The notes under the pieces are model-generated. The model was not told where the DNA came from. It made no database searches and saw only the letters and a program-made list of their open reading frames with translations. The translations under genes were made by a program, and so were the position numbers. This document shows, piece by piece, positions 1 to 20,613 of a stretch of DNA of 64,000 nt (the stretch's first letter is position 1; each line of letters begins with the position of its first letter). This DNA is from the human T2T-CHM13v2.0 reference genome, Homo sapiens. The stretch is from NCBI RefSeq assembly GCF_009914755.1, contig NC_060943.1, one strand, 5' to 3'.

Positions 1-869
1 TGAATAATGAGTTGAAAAGCTGTTAATATCTTTGATCCTATAATTATCCCCAAGGAAATACGCCCAAAGGGTGGGGGGAGTCATTGTACGTAAATGTGCA
101 CAGCAGTGTTCTTCGTAAGAGAAATTATTGGAAACAACTCAAACACCCTATAATAGAGCTATGGCTAAACAAACCATAGTGTATCCACCCTACGAGATAT
201 GTGATCGCAATGGAAATTATGCCTAAACTCAGCAATAAGGTTATAAACTAGGGGCGAGCGATAAAAGGGGAATACGAAATAGTGGATCAGAAACTATGGA
301 TCAGAAACACATGGATGTACTAACTTCCCTCCTTCCTTCACTTCTCTCCCTCCTTCTCTTCCTCCCTTCCTCTTTCTCTTGCCATCCTTTCTTCCTCTAA
401 ACTGCGGCCACACAGTTTCCCAAGCAGCCTAAATTCCTTCTCCCCTCAATCTTATTCCAGTCTTATTTCCTCTGCCTGGATGCTCTTCCTTCCATTAAAA
501 ACAAAAACCCATTAAAGAACAACAACAACAATAACAATACATTCTCACTTTAGAAGGTCAAAATCAACATCATCACAGCCAATGAATCAATAGGACAGAG
601 GAGTGAGAAGGGAAAGAATAAATGTTCCCTCCTCCCTCGAACTCTGGCCCTTGTGGTGGCAAAGGTCTGAGCCCTGCCTCTCACACTGTTCCTTCTGCTA
701 TCACCACCACAGTGATCTCCTACCCATCCTTCAGTTCCCAGCTTAACCGTCACTTCCTCCAGGTAGCCTTCCCTGACTGCTCCCCATCCTTCTAGAGCAA
801 GCTAAGCCCAGAGCCTCTCCCTGAAGTGCCATTACCATTACAGGTTTATTTGTGTAATTCTCTGTTTAA

Positions 870-1073
<204 letters not shown>

Positions 1074-1196
1074 TAATTTTTTTCGTATTTTTAGTAGAGC
1101 CAGGGTTTCACCATGTTGGCCAGGCTGGTCTCGAACTCCCGACATCAGGTGATCCGCTCATCTCAGCTTCCCAAAGTGTTGGGATTACAGGCGTGA

Positions 1197-1325
<129 letters not shown>

Positions 1326-1504
1326 TGACTGCCTTGTCTTGTTTGCAACCAAGCACCTAATATAAGCAGGTCCCCCATGAATACTTCCCGAATGAGTCAC
1401 AAACATTCACCAACTTGACTGGGAGCTTCGTCCCTGCCAGGTGCTGGTTTGCCATGCTTCATGGGGATCATTTAGTTGAATTCCCACAAAATAATGAGAA
1501 GCTA

Positions 1505-1906
<402 letters not shown>

Positions 1907-2499
1907 TCAGATGTGTAAACTGAGGTTCAAGGTGGCACTATCACTTTGCTTAAAGGGGTAAAGACAAGAATCAAGTCGGGTTCAGTCCGACTCCAGGTCT
2001 GGGCCCTCAGCCACTATTTTCCTTCTGGTTTATTTATTTATTTGTTTATTTATTTTGAGACAGAATCTTGCTCTGTCACCCAGAGAGTGGTGTGATCTTG
2101 GCTTACTGCAACCTCTGCCTCCTGAGTTCAAGCGATTCTCCTCCCTCAGCCTCCTGAGTAGCTGAGACTACAGGCATGCACCACCACGCCTGGCTAATTT
2201 TTGTATTATTAGTAGAGATGGGGTTTTGCCATGTTGGCCAGGCTGGTCAAACTCTTGACCTCAAGTGATTTGCCTGCCTTGGCCTCCAAAAGTGCTAGGA
2301 TTACAGGCGTGAGCCGCCCCACTCAGCCTCTATTTTTAAATTCTAAGAAACCTCACTTTCTTATGAAAACAGTCCACCCCTTGACCTGTAGCATACTCGC
2401 TAGGCAGGCTGCAATTTTGGGATTCTGCCCCCATATTCAAGCTATACACCCCAGGGGCTCCACAGCAGACAAGTTCAGGTGTAGACTTCCAATAAAAAG

Positions 2500-2561
2500 A
2501 TTTAGGTACCCTAAATGAGTTAGATTACCTAACTCATTTAGGGGAGTTAGGTAATCTCCCC
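2500..2561. repeat. Overlapping perfect inverted repeats (15-bp and 14-bp stems)
   Basis: ccctaaatgagttag-attac-ctaactcatttaggg (2509-2543) and agattacctaactc-atttaggg-gagttaggtaatct (2522-2557). Confidence 0.95.
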
Positions 2562-2839
2562 TCCCCAACTAAGATAATAAAATTCATTTTATAACCTTCT
2601 GGGACGCAGTGCCAGTTCTTTTATTTCCCTCAAATCTCTCAGATTTTTAATCAAAAGTCATCACCCTGTCTAACCAGCTTTCTTTCTTTTTTTTGAGACA
2701 GAGTCTTGCTCTGTCGCCTAGGCTGGAGTGCAGTGGTGTGATCTCGGCTCACCGCAACTTCCGTCTCCCAGGTTCAAGCAATTCTCGTAGTTTAGCCTCC
2801 TGAGTAGCTGGGATTACAGGCGTGTGCCATGACACCTAG

Positions 2840-3001
<162 letters not shown>

Positions 3002-3205
3002 TGAGAAGATAAATCTCAAGCAAGAAGTTGCATTTTTCAGGGAGTACTATTATTTTTCTTATTGCTGTTATTATTATATTGCAGACATATTATTCTGGCC
3101 TATCTCTAAATTCTTTTTTTTTCTTTTGAAACAGGGTCTCACTCTGTCACCCAGGCTGGAGTGGAGTGGTGCCCACTGCAACCTCGACCTCTTGGGCTCA
3201 AGTGA

Positions 3206-3421
<216 letters not shown>

Positions 3422-4308
3422 TAGGAAACTTTACTTTCATGAAGCCTCAGGTTGGATACACAGTGACTCTTACAGTCTGTCCCCTGACTCCCAGCTATGC
3501 TGGGGAGGTTGGGCTTTTGGACACCTTTTTAATGGTCCCTCCTTTCATATTCAGGTTTCCAGGGGACCATGAATTGACATCTACACTCCCAGCATTTTGG
3601 GAGGCCAAGGTGTGCAGATCATTTGAGGCAAGGAGTTCAAGACCAGCCCGGCCAACATGGCGAAACCCCATCTCTATCAACAATATAAAAATTAGCCAGG
3701 CATGGTGGCTCATGCTTGTAATCTCAGCTTCTCATGAGGCTGAGGCAGAGAATTGCTTGAACCTGGGAGCCAGAGGTTGCAGTGAGGTGAGATCGTGTGA
3801 CTGCACTCCAGCCTGGGTGACAGAGCGAGACTCTGTCTCAATTAAAAAAAAAAGAAAAGAAAGAAAGTCATGGTTCTGTCTCGTTAAGTTTCTAACATGG
3901 GAGACAGCAGCCGTTCACAGTAAACTGGATTATTGGTGGAATTATTACTTATTTAGCAAACAGAAACGTGCTGACCCCATGCCAGGCACTATCCCAGGTG
4001 TTCTATTTGCCATAACGAATATCATTCTGAGAAACAATCTCGTGAGCTAGGGTATTGTTTATATCATACCCATTTTGCAGATGAGAAAAACCAAGGCACA
4101 AAGCAGAAAAAACCAGGTCCATGGTTAAAACAAAAAAGTGGAGGCCAGAATAGGGAAACTCTGCATGGAAGTCCTAAAATTCCTCCAAGAGGAACGTCTA
4201 CCCTCTGCAAGATCCTTAGAACCAGTCACCTGCTCTCCCCCGACTCCCCACCACAGCTTCTCCCTTCTCCCCTGGGACCCACCCCTGAGGTGGGTTTAGA
4301 GCAGTTAC

Positions 4309-4365
4309 CATCAAAGGGATGCCTCTGCTCCCCGTCAGTTTCATCCTCGGCGAGGATCACCTCTT
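4309..4365 (-). CDS. CACNA1A: CACNA1A coding exon 9 (57 nt): EEVILAEDETDGEQRHPFD
   Basis: cttcag|AAGAGGTGATC...TTTGATG|gtaact; within ORF 4226..4456(-). Confidence 0.95.
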
Positions 4366-4776
4366 CTGAAGAGGAAGAGCACAGAGTTAAGCTCCTGCAT
4401 TTGGAGGATGAGTTCTCCCTTGGACCAGGAAGAAGGGTCTGCCCGGCCACCCCCATTCTCTGCTGACTGATGGTGACAGCTCAACCGACCAAAAAACATG
4501 CTGCTGGGTGGTTTGTGACTTCAAGCCCCACCTCCGCAACAGTAGCAATAGCCAACATTCTCCCCACCTCGCGCAAAATAAAAACCAATGTCCACACCAC
4601 AGCCTATAAGCCCCTGCTTGATCTGATCTCCATCACCTTCCTGTCTTCCTCTCCTCCAGCTGTCCCCACCTCTCACTCTGTTTCAGCTGCACTGGCTTCC
4701 TTGCTGTGTCTCAAATACGTTCCTAGCTCAGGGCCTTTGCACTTGCTGTCTCTGCCTGGAATGCCCCTTCCCTTGA

Positions 4777-5199
<423 letters not shown>

Positions 5200-5817
5200 T
5201 AGTCTGTTTTATCTTCCTTCTCTGAATTTGGGAGTTCCCAACATGACATGTATTTGTTTGCTTTATCTCTCTCATTAGAATATCAGAGCTCTGAGGGCAG
5301 GGATTTGGTGTGTATTGTTTACTCCCATATCCTCAGTGCTTAGATCAGTGCCTGGCACACAGCAGGTGCTCCCTAAATGTTTGTTAAATGGCTGAACAAA
5401 TAAATATGTGCCTACCGTGTATCAGGCACTTCTCTCCCCAAGTGACTCAGCTGAGATTATTTTACTAAATACTCCAATAGTACTATGACTTAGGCACTAC
5501 CATCGCCTCCATGTAACAGCTGAGGAAACGGAGGTACAGGGATGTGTGGTGCATGGGTAAAAAGTGGCAGGGCCGGGATGTAAACCAGCGTCTGATTTCA
5601 GAATTCAAGTTACGTGATGTCAGATCCTGGCTTCATCTTAGACTTCTTCATATCAGACTCTGGATTCTTGTTGATAAAATTTGGGACTACCAATTCAGGT
5701 TCTCTTTCTCCTCCCATCATAACCCTCCCAGCTTAGCCTTCTCCAAACTGCATGACTCTCTTTGTACTCCGTGGCCTGGGATCTCCATCCCTGGGCCCCA
5801 GGATGAAAGGGCCTCAC

Positions 5818-5933
5818 CTGCTTTTGAGATCCACTCCATGTACCCATTGAGCTCACGTTCAATCTGTTGTTGCCGCCTCAGCTTCAGAAAAGCCCGCCGG
5901 TTCTCCACCCGTTCCCTTTCTTTGGCAAACTCC
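5818..5933 (-). CDS. CACNA1A: CACNA1A coding exon 8 (116 nt): [41 protein letters not shown] (beta-subunit binding) motif
   Basis: ctccag|GGAGTTTGCC...AAAGCAG|gtgagg; QQxExxLxGYxxWI AID consensus. Confidence 0.97.
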
Positions 5934-5989
5934 CTGGAGAAGCATAGAAAAGCCAGAGTATGGCTGTTTTGAAAATGTTAGGAAACGTT

Positions 5990-6050
<61 letters not shown>
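5990..6050. repeat. Interrupted (TG)n/(CA)n microsatellite in intron 7, probably marker D19S1150
   Basis: About 30 TG units with two TT interruptions. It is the only CA repeat in the 1.3-kb intron 7, where D19S1150 is described (recalled, not checked). Confidence 0.85.
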
Positions 6051-7244
6051 TTGGGGATTCAGAAGTCCCTGGAGGTCAGGAGTTTTCAACAGGAGGAGTC
6101 AGGACTTCTGGGAAAAGACTGGGATATTATAGTGATGGGTGCTTCTGCCAGCTTCACACATTTCCCGACAACTGTGCCTAGGTAAAGAAAAAGGCCAGGC
6201 ACAGTGGCTCATGTCTGTAATCCCAGCACTTTGTGAGGCTGAGATGGGAGTATCATTTAAGGCCAGGAATTTGAGACCAGCCTGGACAACACAGTGGGCC
6301 CCATCTCTATGAAAAATAAAAAATGTAGCTGGGCATGGTGGCATACACTTGTTGCCTTAGCTACTCAGGAGGCTGAGGCAGGAGGATCGCTTGTGCCTAG
6401 GAGTTCTAGGTTACAGTGAGCTATGATCGCCCCCTACACTCCAGTCTGGGTAATAAAGCTAGACACCGTCTCAAAAAAAAACAATAAAAAAGAAAAAAAC
6501 CGAAAGGATAAAACCATGCCATGCCAACCACCACTGGCTGCATACCTCATTCTCATTCTCTTCATACTTTTGGCTAATAATTATTTCAGCCCTCTTTTAA
6601 GTTAGACCAATAAGCCATGAATGAAAGATTTCTGCAGCAGGTTGGCTTCTCTGCCATAGGTCCCACCTCTTCCTGTTTCCCTTCTTCCTTTTCCTGTTTG
6701 GAACATGAAGTGGCCATCCGGAGGGCGTGAGGCAGCCATCTTAAGACCATGAGGTATCCACGAGATTGGAAGCCTCTGGTAAAGATGTCAGAATGGAAAG
6801 CTGGAAGAATCTGGGGTTGCTGATGGTGCCATAGAGCCACCATACAAGTGCCCAGACTTCTTATGGTAAGAAAAATGAAGCCCATTTATGATTAAGCCAA
6901 AAAAATCTTGGGGATAGAGGACAATATGGGTCAGGAAAATACACCGTTAGAGCATATGCTATGATTTTATATTTGGAAAATGGGGGAGAAGTAAACCCAA
7001 ACTATTGGTTTTTAAAAAAAATGTAAAGAAAGTAAAGCCCATATGAACCCTCTCACTGGGTACCCCTAGCAGTACACAACCTCTGCACCTGTGCATGGCT
7101 TGCTAATAACAGTCTGGTAACCCAAACAAGGGAAGAAGCCTTTTCTCTGTCTAGTGAATGAAAACAAAGCTTCAATGGCCTCTACTTGGAAAGAAGTTAG
7201 CAAAGAGGAGTGAGTGGGATGGGGTGGGGAGTAGCAGAAACTTA

Positions 7245-7688
<444 letters not shown>

Positions 7689-8004
7689 TTAATCCCTGGT
7701 TCCTTCTCTTCTCCCAACACAGTCATAGACTCCCCTTAGAGGAGATGCATGACCACAGAGTCTGATGGCCTGGTGAAATCACCAAGCCAGACAGATGGTC
7801 CATGAGCCCTTTCCTCAAGTGTCTCCCTGCTCCATTCCCTGCAGCCTTAATGCCAATCACAAAAAATTCTCAGAAGTTTCAGCTCAATTTTCAAGAGGAA
7901 AAAAGTCCACAAATAGAATACTCTCTGAAACAGAAAATAGAACACTATAGCAAGAAGGAAGTAAGATGAGGGGAAGAAAATCAAGGAGAGGAGGTTGGGG
8001 GGTG

Positions 8005-8030
8005 GAGAGAGAAAGAGAGACAGAGAGAGA

Positions 8031-8078
<48 letters not shown>
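8005..8078. repeat. (GA)n microsatellite
   Basis: Direct inspection. Confidence 0.95.
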
Positions 8079-8082
<4 letters not shown>

Positions 8083-8584
8083 AATGATAAAAGCCAGCAC
8101 TTACAGAGTATTTATGGTGTGCTGGCACCTTCCTAAGCACATTATGTATGTTAGCTCACTTAGTCATTTAATCCTCATGATGCCTCTATGTTATAATGCC
8201 CATGTTACTATTGAGGAAACTGAGGCTTAGAAAGACAAAATCATCAGCCCAAGATCACAGAGTTATTCACTAGTGGACATGGGATTTGCACTAACCACCT
8301 GGCCCCAGAGTCCATGGGCTTAACCTCTGTGCTGGGAAGCCTTGCCTCCAGCTGTCAGGGCAGGGGTAGCCTTTGAATAGTTGATCACCCTGTGACACCT
8401 GCAGAATGCAGGGCTCTCAAGTGTGGCTTTAAAAGCCCACCTTTAAAAGCATGTATGACACTGCTGCTGCCTGGAAGAAAGGCTAAAATGAGAAAGAAGT
8501 TAAGATGAGGTCATTACTACCAGGTGTCTGTGAAGCTGTGGAGCAACTGGAACCCTCATAATCTGCCAATGGGAGGGCACCATG

Positions 8585-9096
8585 CTGTATTCATCTCCTG
8601 TGGCTGCTGTAACAAGGAACCACAACCTAGGTGGCTTAAACAACAAAGATTTATTGTCTTACAGTTATAGAGGCCAAAAATCCAAGCTCAAGGTGTCAGA
8701 AGGGCTGGTTCCTTCTGAGAGCTGTGAGACAGAATCTGTTTTATGCCTCTCTCCTAGCTTCTGGCGGTTTGCTGGCAATCTTTGCTGATTCTTGGCTTGT
8801 AGAGGCATCATCCTGAGCTCTGCCTTTGTTTAAACATGGCATTCTTCCTGTGAGTGTGCCTGTCTCTGTGCCAAAATCTCCCCTTTTTATATGGACACCA
8901 TCGTATTAGATTAGGACCCACCCTAATGATCTCATCTTAACTGCTATGGTTGGTGCAAAAATAACGGCAGTTTTGCCAATGGCAAAACCTTTACATGTGC
9001 AATGAATCTATTTCCAAATAAGGTCACATTCTGAGGTACTGGGGGTTAGGACTTCAACATATGAATTTTGGGGTGAGACAATAAAACCCATAACAC
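8585..9096 (-). mobile_element. MLT1 (MaLR) LTR containing a MADE1 fragment at ~8945-8989
   Basis: ggctgctgtaaca...aaggtcacattctgaggtactgggggttaggacttcaacatatgaattttggg. The insert ggttggtgcaaaa...atggcaaaacc resembles MADE1. Confidence 0.75.
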
Positions 9097-9143
9097 ATGG
9101 TACAACTACTTGAAAAATTGGTTGAGAGTTTCTATGCTAAAAT

Positions 9144-9796
<653 letters not shown>

Positions 9797-9799
9797 TGT

Positions 9800-11225
<1,426 letters not shown>

Positions 11226-11487
11226 AGCACTGAAAATAAAACTAACAAAGTCAGCTTTAATCATGGACACAGACAGGTTCTGGGGACAATGAATGTGCCA
11301 GCCACCAGCCCACATCCTTGTTTTAACGAGCTCAGAAATGCCAATGCTTTGCTTCTGGAAGGTTCTGGAAGAAAGAACCGAGTCAGCGGAACATTGCTGG
11401 ACAGAAGGCAGCACTGGCTTTGTGCTCCTCTCTCCATCACTTTGGCGGCTGAGGGTTCTCGTTCCCATTTCTCAGGGCTAAATATAG

Positions 11488-12880
<1,393 letters not shown>

Positions 12881-14364
12881 TAAATGAAGTTACTCAGTTA
12901 CTGAATGGCAGAGGGGGCCTCCAACCCTCCCATCTCCTTGCTTTTATCTCCTCCCCTTTTCCCTCGCTCATTCGGTTCCAGCCACCTGGCTTCCTTGCAG
13001 TTTCTCAACCACGCCAAGCACAGTCCTACCTCGGCCCTTGCACAGGCTGTCCCTCCCTGCCTGGAATGCTCTTTCCTGAGATTGCTACATGGTTTCCCCT
13101 CACCTCCTTCAGGTTTTTTACTCAAATGCCACCTTCTGAGGGAGGCCTCCCCTGATGGCCCTTTACAATTGCACCCCTCATTTCTGGTCCCCATTGTTTC
13201 TTTTTTCCCATTTGCATTTCACCGCCTATATACTTTACTTATTTCTCTTGTTCTCTCGTCTTCCTGGCTGGAATGTCCATTCGACAAGAGGGAGGGGCTT
13301 TGTCCTTTTTGTTCCCTGCTGTATTCCTGTATTCCCAGCCCCCTAGGACAACATCTGGCACACAGTCGGTGCTCAATAAGTGGTGTCTGTTGAATGACTG
13401 ATTGAGAGGTGTGTCCAAGTTCCCTGCATAGCTCAGATCGTCAACCCCAAGCCAAGCTCCCTCCTGAACTCTCATCTGCACCATCCTCTCTGGGGAGTGG
13501 GCTTCTGCTGCCTGATTTTAGAGACACTTTTTCTCTTCCAAACTCATCCAATTATTCAATTCCATACTCTGGAATCAACAATTCCCAGGGAAGAAGGTGG
13601 TGGAAGGCTGGGTGCAGTTTTGGATTAGGAGATGAGCTTTCCCTGGTTTGGGGGTGGGGGTGGGTGGATTTCGTTCAGGAGCAAAATGAAAAGTACATTT
13701 TACAAGCACAAGGACTGGAGATGCCATGGCTGTTCTGTGGTAGTTCATCAGCAAAGATGGGGTCACAGATCTCTTCTCCTGGTTCTCATCTCTTCTTTGG
13801 CAGTTCAAGTTAAGGGAGGGATATGCACAAGTCTGAATTCGGGAAGGAGAGTGGGGGAGGATGGCTTGCTCATTTGTTAAATTCATTAATATTGGGAAGG
13901 ATGTGCTCTAGAGATCGCCTTGTCTTTCTTCCAAGGGCTCAAAGACTTCCACTGCCTGGAACACAGTTCCCCATTAATGCTGCCATCAAATATTTCCAGC
14001 AATATGGTGGGATGGTCCTTCCTGAGTCCCTTTGGGGTTGGCTGAGGACCACATGCTAAGTGCTGGCCAATGAGGAGTGAGTGGAAATAGCTGTCATTTT
14101 GGAGCCAGAGCATTGAACTTTCAGTGTGGGACCTTCTAGCATTCCTTTTTTCCTTCTGGAATAGCAAGTGGCAATGTTCTAGGTGATTAGCTAGGTCTCA
14201 AGTGACTGCACTGAACAGAGCCCCCTTCTTCCCCACTGCCAACCTGCACTGGACATGTAGCATGAGCAGGAAATACATCTGTTGTCAAAAGTCATGGAGG
14301 CTTTGGGGATGTTTGTTACTGCAGCATAACTTGGCTGCCCTGACCAATACATCTTTTTAATTAA

Positions 14365-14496
<132 letters not shown>

Positions 14497-14721
14497 TGAT
14501 ACAGTTTGATATCTCTGTAGCTTGCTCCTTCACCTCTTTCTGGTCTTTCTTTCTTTTTTTTCTTTCTTTTTTTTTTTGAGATGGGGTCTTGCTCTGTTGC
14601 CCAGGCTGGAGTGCAATGGTGTGATCTCAGCTCACTGCAACCTCCACCTCCTGGGTCCAAGTGATTCTCTGCCTCAGCCTCCAGAGTAGCTGGGATTACA
14701 GGTGCCCGCCACCACACCTAG

Positions 14722-14877
<156 letters not shown>

Positions 14878-14949
14878 TAAATGCCAACTTCTGATTGACT
14901 CTTTTATGGATCCCATGAGGCAGGTGAGAAAGTGTCTGTCTCTTGCATG

Positions 14950-15760
<811 letters not shown>

Positions 15761-16123
15761 AGGTCAAGTTCAAGATCACAATCAGCCAATTATTTCCATT
15801 CTCTGAACCTATGCCTGGAGCAACTCTGCCTTTAGGTCTTGGCTTGGCCAATTTCTTCTTATCACTCAACCTTAGATCCATTGTGCCCCCATCAGAGAAG
15901 CCTTCTTGGACCTCTCAATCAAAAGGACTTGCCCCTTCCTGCAGCTCAGCCAGACATCTCATTCTCTTCCCAGCACGTTCCACTGTCTGAATCATCTTGT
16001 CAACTTATGCATTTCAAGATTGTCATCTTGATCATCAGCTCCTCCAGGGTAGAGATTTTTCCTGTCTAAATCCCAGTGTCCAGATCAGCACCAGGGACAT
16101 AGTAGGTGCTCACTAAGCATTAG

Positions 16124-16312
<189 letters not shown>

Positions 16313-17236
16313 TAGCTGGGATTACAGGCACGCACCACCACGCTCAGCTAATTTTTTTGTATTTTTTTAGTAAAGATGGGGTTTCGCCATGTTGGCCAGG
16401 CTGGTCTTGAACTCCTGGGCTCAAGCAATCCGCCCTCCTCAGCCTCCCAAAGAGTTGGGATTACAGGGGTGAGCCACCATGCCCAGCTTGGTGGATCATT
16501 TAAATAATAAACACAGGAAATGTGTTTATCCCAAATCCAAATGATTAAGCTATTTTTCTGGGAAAGGAGAGGCAGAAGGCAGAATTATGGTCGCATTAGC
16601 CAAGTCTTTTTGGGCTGATGAAATACTCCCCACATCTTCCTCGATTCCCGCCATCTCTGTGCCTGGTGGATGGAGAAACTGAAGCTGAGAGAGGCAACAT
16701 GATGTGCCTGGATCACACAGGGTGCAGATGGCATGGGTGGGACTAGACCCGTCATTCTGGCCTTTACAACCAACTGATTTTTTCCCACTTCACCCCTTCT
16801 CCGTACTTGCATAGTATTTTAAGTAAATAACAATGGGCCCAAGAGAGCTTCAAGGGTGAGGGATGTTACTGATTCATCCCAGTATCGCTGGTGGTGCCTG
16901 GTGCTTAGAAAGCGCTCCATAAATACTCATCAAACAAACTAATGGCTGAGTCCCAGCAAAATCCTTCAGTGCCTTCTGTTTTATGGTTTATTTTCCTCTA
17001 ATTTTTTTGAGCATGGTTCATTGAGAAAAAGTATACAGGATGTTAAAAAAACAAAAACAAAACAAAACAAAAGGAAAAAACCCCAAAACTCAGCTCAGGA
17101 GAACACCCGTTTCTCCAGTATATGGGATAAACATGGGGGTGGATTTGAGTGTGAAAAAGCTGAAGTCTGACAGTGACCGTGAGAGAGGCTGTGTGTCCCA
17201 CTTTATACCCGTTATAGATCATGCCAGGCCTGCTAA

Positions 17237-17569
<333 letters not shown>

Positions 17570-18045
17570 TGATCCACCCGCCTTGGCCTCCCAAAGTGCT
17601 GGGATTACAGGCGGGAGCCACCATGCCTGGCTGATCCATGAAGTATTTTATCATCTTCCTTCATCAGCTCCTTCCTTCATCCTCACTCACTCCCCACTGG
17701 ACATCTGGGCAGCTACATGTCCTCACAAATGCCAGGAACATCCTGCCTCAGGACCTTTGCACTGGCTGTTCCATCTACCTCGGCTGCTGTTCCCTGAGAT
17801 ATCTCCATGGCTCCCTTCATCTCCTTCATGTCTTTCAAAAAGCCTCAAGCAATTGCTGGCCTCAAACTATCCTCTCCTGCCTCAGCCTCCCAAAGTGCTG
17901 GGATTACAAGTGTGAGCCATCACACCCAGCCAGGGACATACATTAATGATCACTAACTAAACATAGTTTTGTTGCTTTATTAATTGACATTCACCAAGGG
18001 AGAGAAGGAGAGAAATGTTTATTTATTAAGGAAAATTTTTAATTG

Positions 18046-18047
<2 letters not shown>

Positions 18048-18130
<83 letters not shown>
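18048..18130. repeat. (TA)n followed by a long poly-T (tail of an antisense Alu)
   Basis: About 25 TA units then ~33 T abutting gagacagagtc. Confidence 0.95.
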
Positions 18131-18131
<1 letters not shown>

Positions 18132-18908
18132 AGACAGAGTCTTGCTCTGTTGTCCAGGCTGGAGTGCAGTGGCACGATCTCGGCTAACTGTAACCTCTGT
18201 CTCCTGGGTTCAAGCAATTCTTGTGCCTCAGCCTCCCAAGTAGCTGGGACTACAGGCGCCTGCCACCATGCCCAGCTAATTTTTTGTATTTTAGTAGAGA
18301 CGGGGTTTCACCATGTAGCCTAGGGTGGTCTTGCACTCCTGAGCTCAGGCAATCTGCCTGCCTTGGCCTCCCAATGTGCTAGGATTACAGGCATGAGCCA
18401 CCGTGCCAGGCTGATAGATGTATATATTTTTTGGATACATGTGATACTTTAATGCATTCATATGATTTGTTCCTTCAGGTCTGTTTTTTTTGTTTTTTTG
18501 TTTTTTTTTTTTGAGACAGTTCTTGCTCTGTCATCCGGGCTGGAGTGCAGTGGCATGATCGGCTCACTGCAGCCCCAACCTCCCAGGCTCAAGCAGTCCT
18601 CCCATCTCAGCCTCTCAAGTAGCTGGGCCTACAGGCATGCTCCACCATGTCCAGCTAATTTTTAAATTTTTTTTTTTGTAGAGATGGGGTCTCACTATGT
18701 GCCTAGGCTGGTCTTAAACTCTAGGGCTCAAGGGATCCTCCTGCCTCAGCCTCCCAAAGTGTTAGAATTATAGATCATAATGGCCACGGTGCCCGGCCAT
18801 TCGGGGTGTATAAGAAGAACTGCAACCTCTCATCTTGACAATGCACAAACTCTCTACTGTTTTATTCTATCCCGGACCTCTCACCACCCTCTAACACTAT
18901 CTCTAAGG

Positions 18909-19125
18909 CAGTGATCCACAAACTACAGCCCGCGGGCCAGCCACCTGTTTTTATAGGTTAACGTTTAATTGGCCCACAGCCATGCTCATTCACTTACGCG
19001 CTTTATCTGTCGTTACTTTCACGCTACAGGAGCAGATTGAGTCGTTGCGATGGAGACCATCTGGCCCACAAAGCCTAAACTATTTAATGTCTGCTGTCTG
19101 CCCTTTTTATCCCAACTGATCACTG
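18909..19125 (+). mobile_element. MER58A (hAT-Charlie)
   Basis: caaactacagcccgcgggcca...cacagccatgctcattc...tggcccacaaagcctaaa. Confidence 0.8.
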
Positions 19126-19362
19126 GCTTTCCCCACCAACACGTCAACTCCTCTGTGTCCAGAAGAGTGTCTGCATACAGTAGGCATTCAATGATGGTTG
19201 TTGAATGAACCAGTGATTTATAGTCCAAAGTCTAATGCTTTGATTTTGGTCAAGACAAACATCTATGAATGAAAAAGGGCATGGGTCAAAGGTGATTCCA
19301 AACATTAGCAACCACTGGCCAGGGGACACGCATTTATTTATTTATTTATTTTTAATTATTAG

Positions 19363-19521
<159 letters not shown>

Positions 19522-19717
19522 TAATTATTTTTCTTTTTTAAAGATGGGGTCTTGCTTTTTGACCAGGCTGGTTTTGAACTCCCGGTCTCAAGCAATCTTC
19601 CTGCCTCAGCTTCTCAAAGGGCTGGGATTCCAGGCGTGAGCCACCACGCCTGGCCAGGGACATGCATTTATGATCACAAATTAAACGCAGTTTTTCTGCT
19701 TTTCTAATTGACATTCA

Positions 19718-20056
<339 letters not shown>

Positions 20057-20268
20057 TCAGGAGATCGAGACCATCCTGGCCAACATGGTGAAACCCCGTC
20101 TTTACTAAAATACAAAAAATTAGCTGGGCGTGTTGGTGCATGCCTGTAGTCCCAGCTACTCAGGAGGCTGAGGCAGGGGAATCACTTGAACCTGGGAGTC
20201 AGAGGCTGCAGTGAGCCGAGATCACGCCACTGTACTCCAGCCTGGCGACAGAGCAAGACTCCATCTCA

Positions 20269-20613
<345 letters not shown>

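Noticed and set aside
282-308. tggatcagaaac repeated twice
   Set aside because: A trivial 14-nt slippage duplication in old L1-like sequence.
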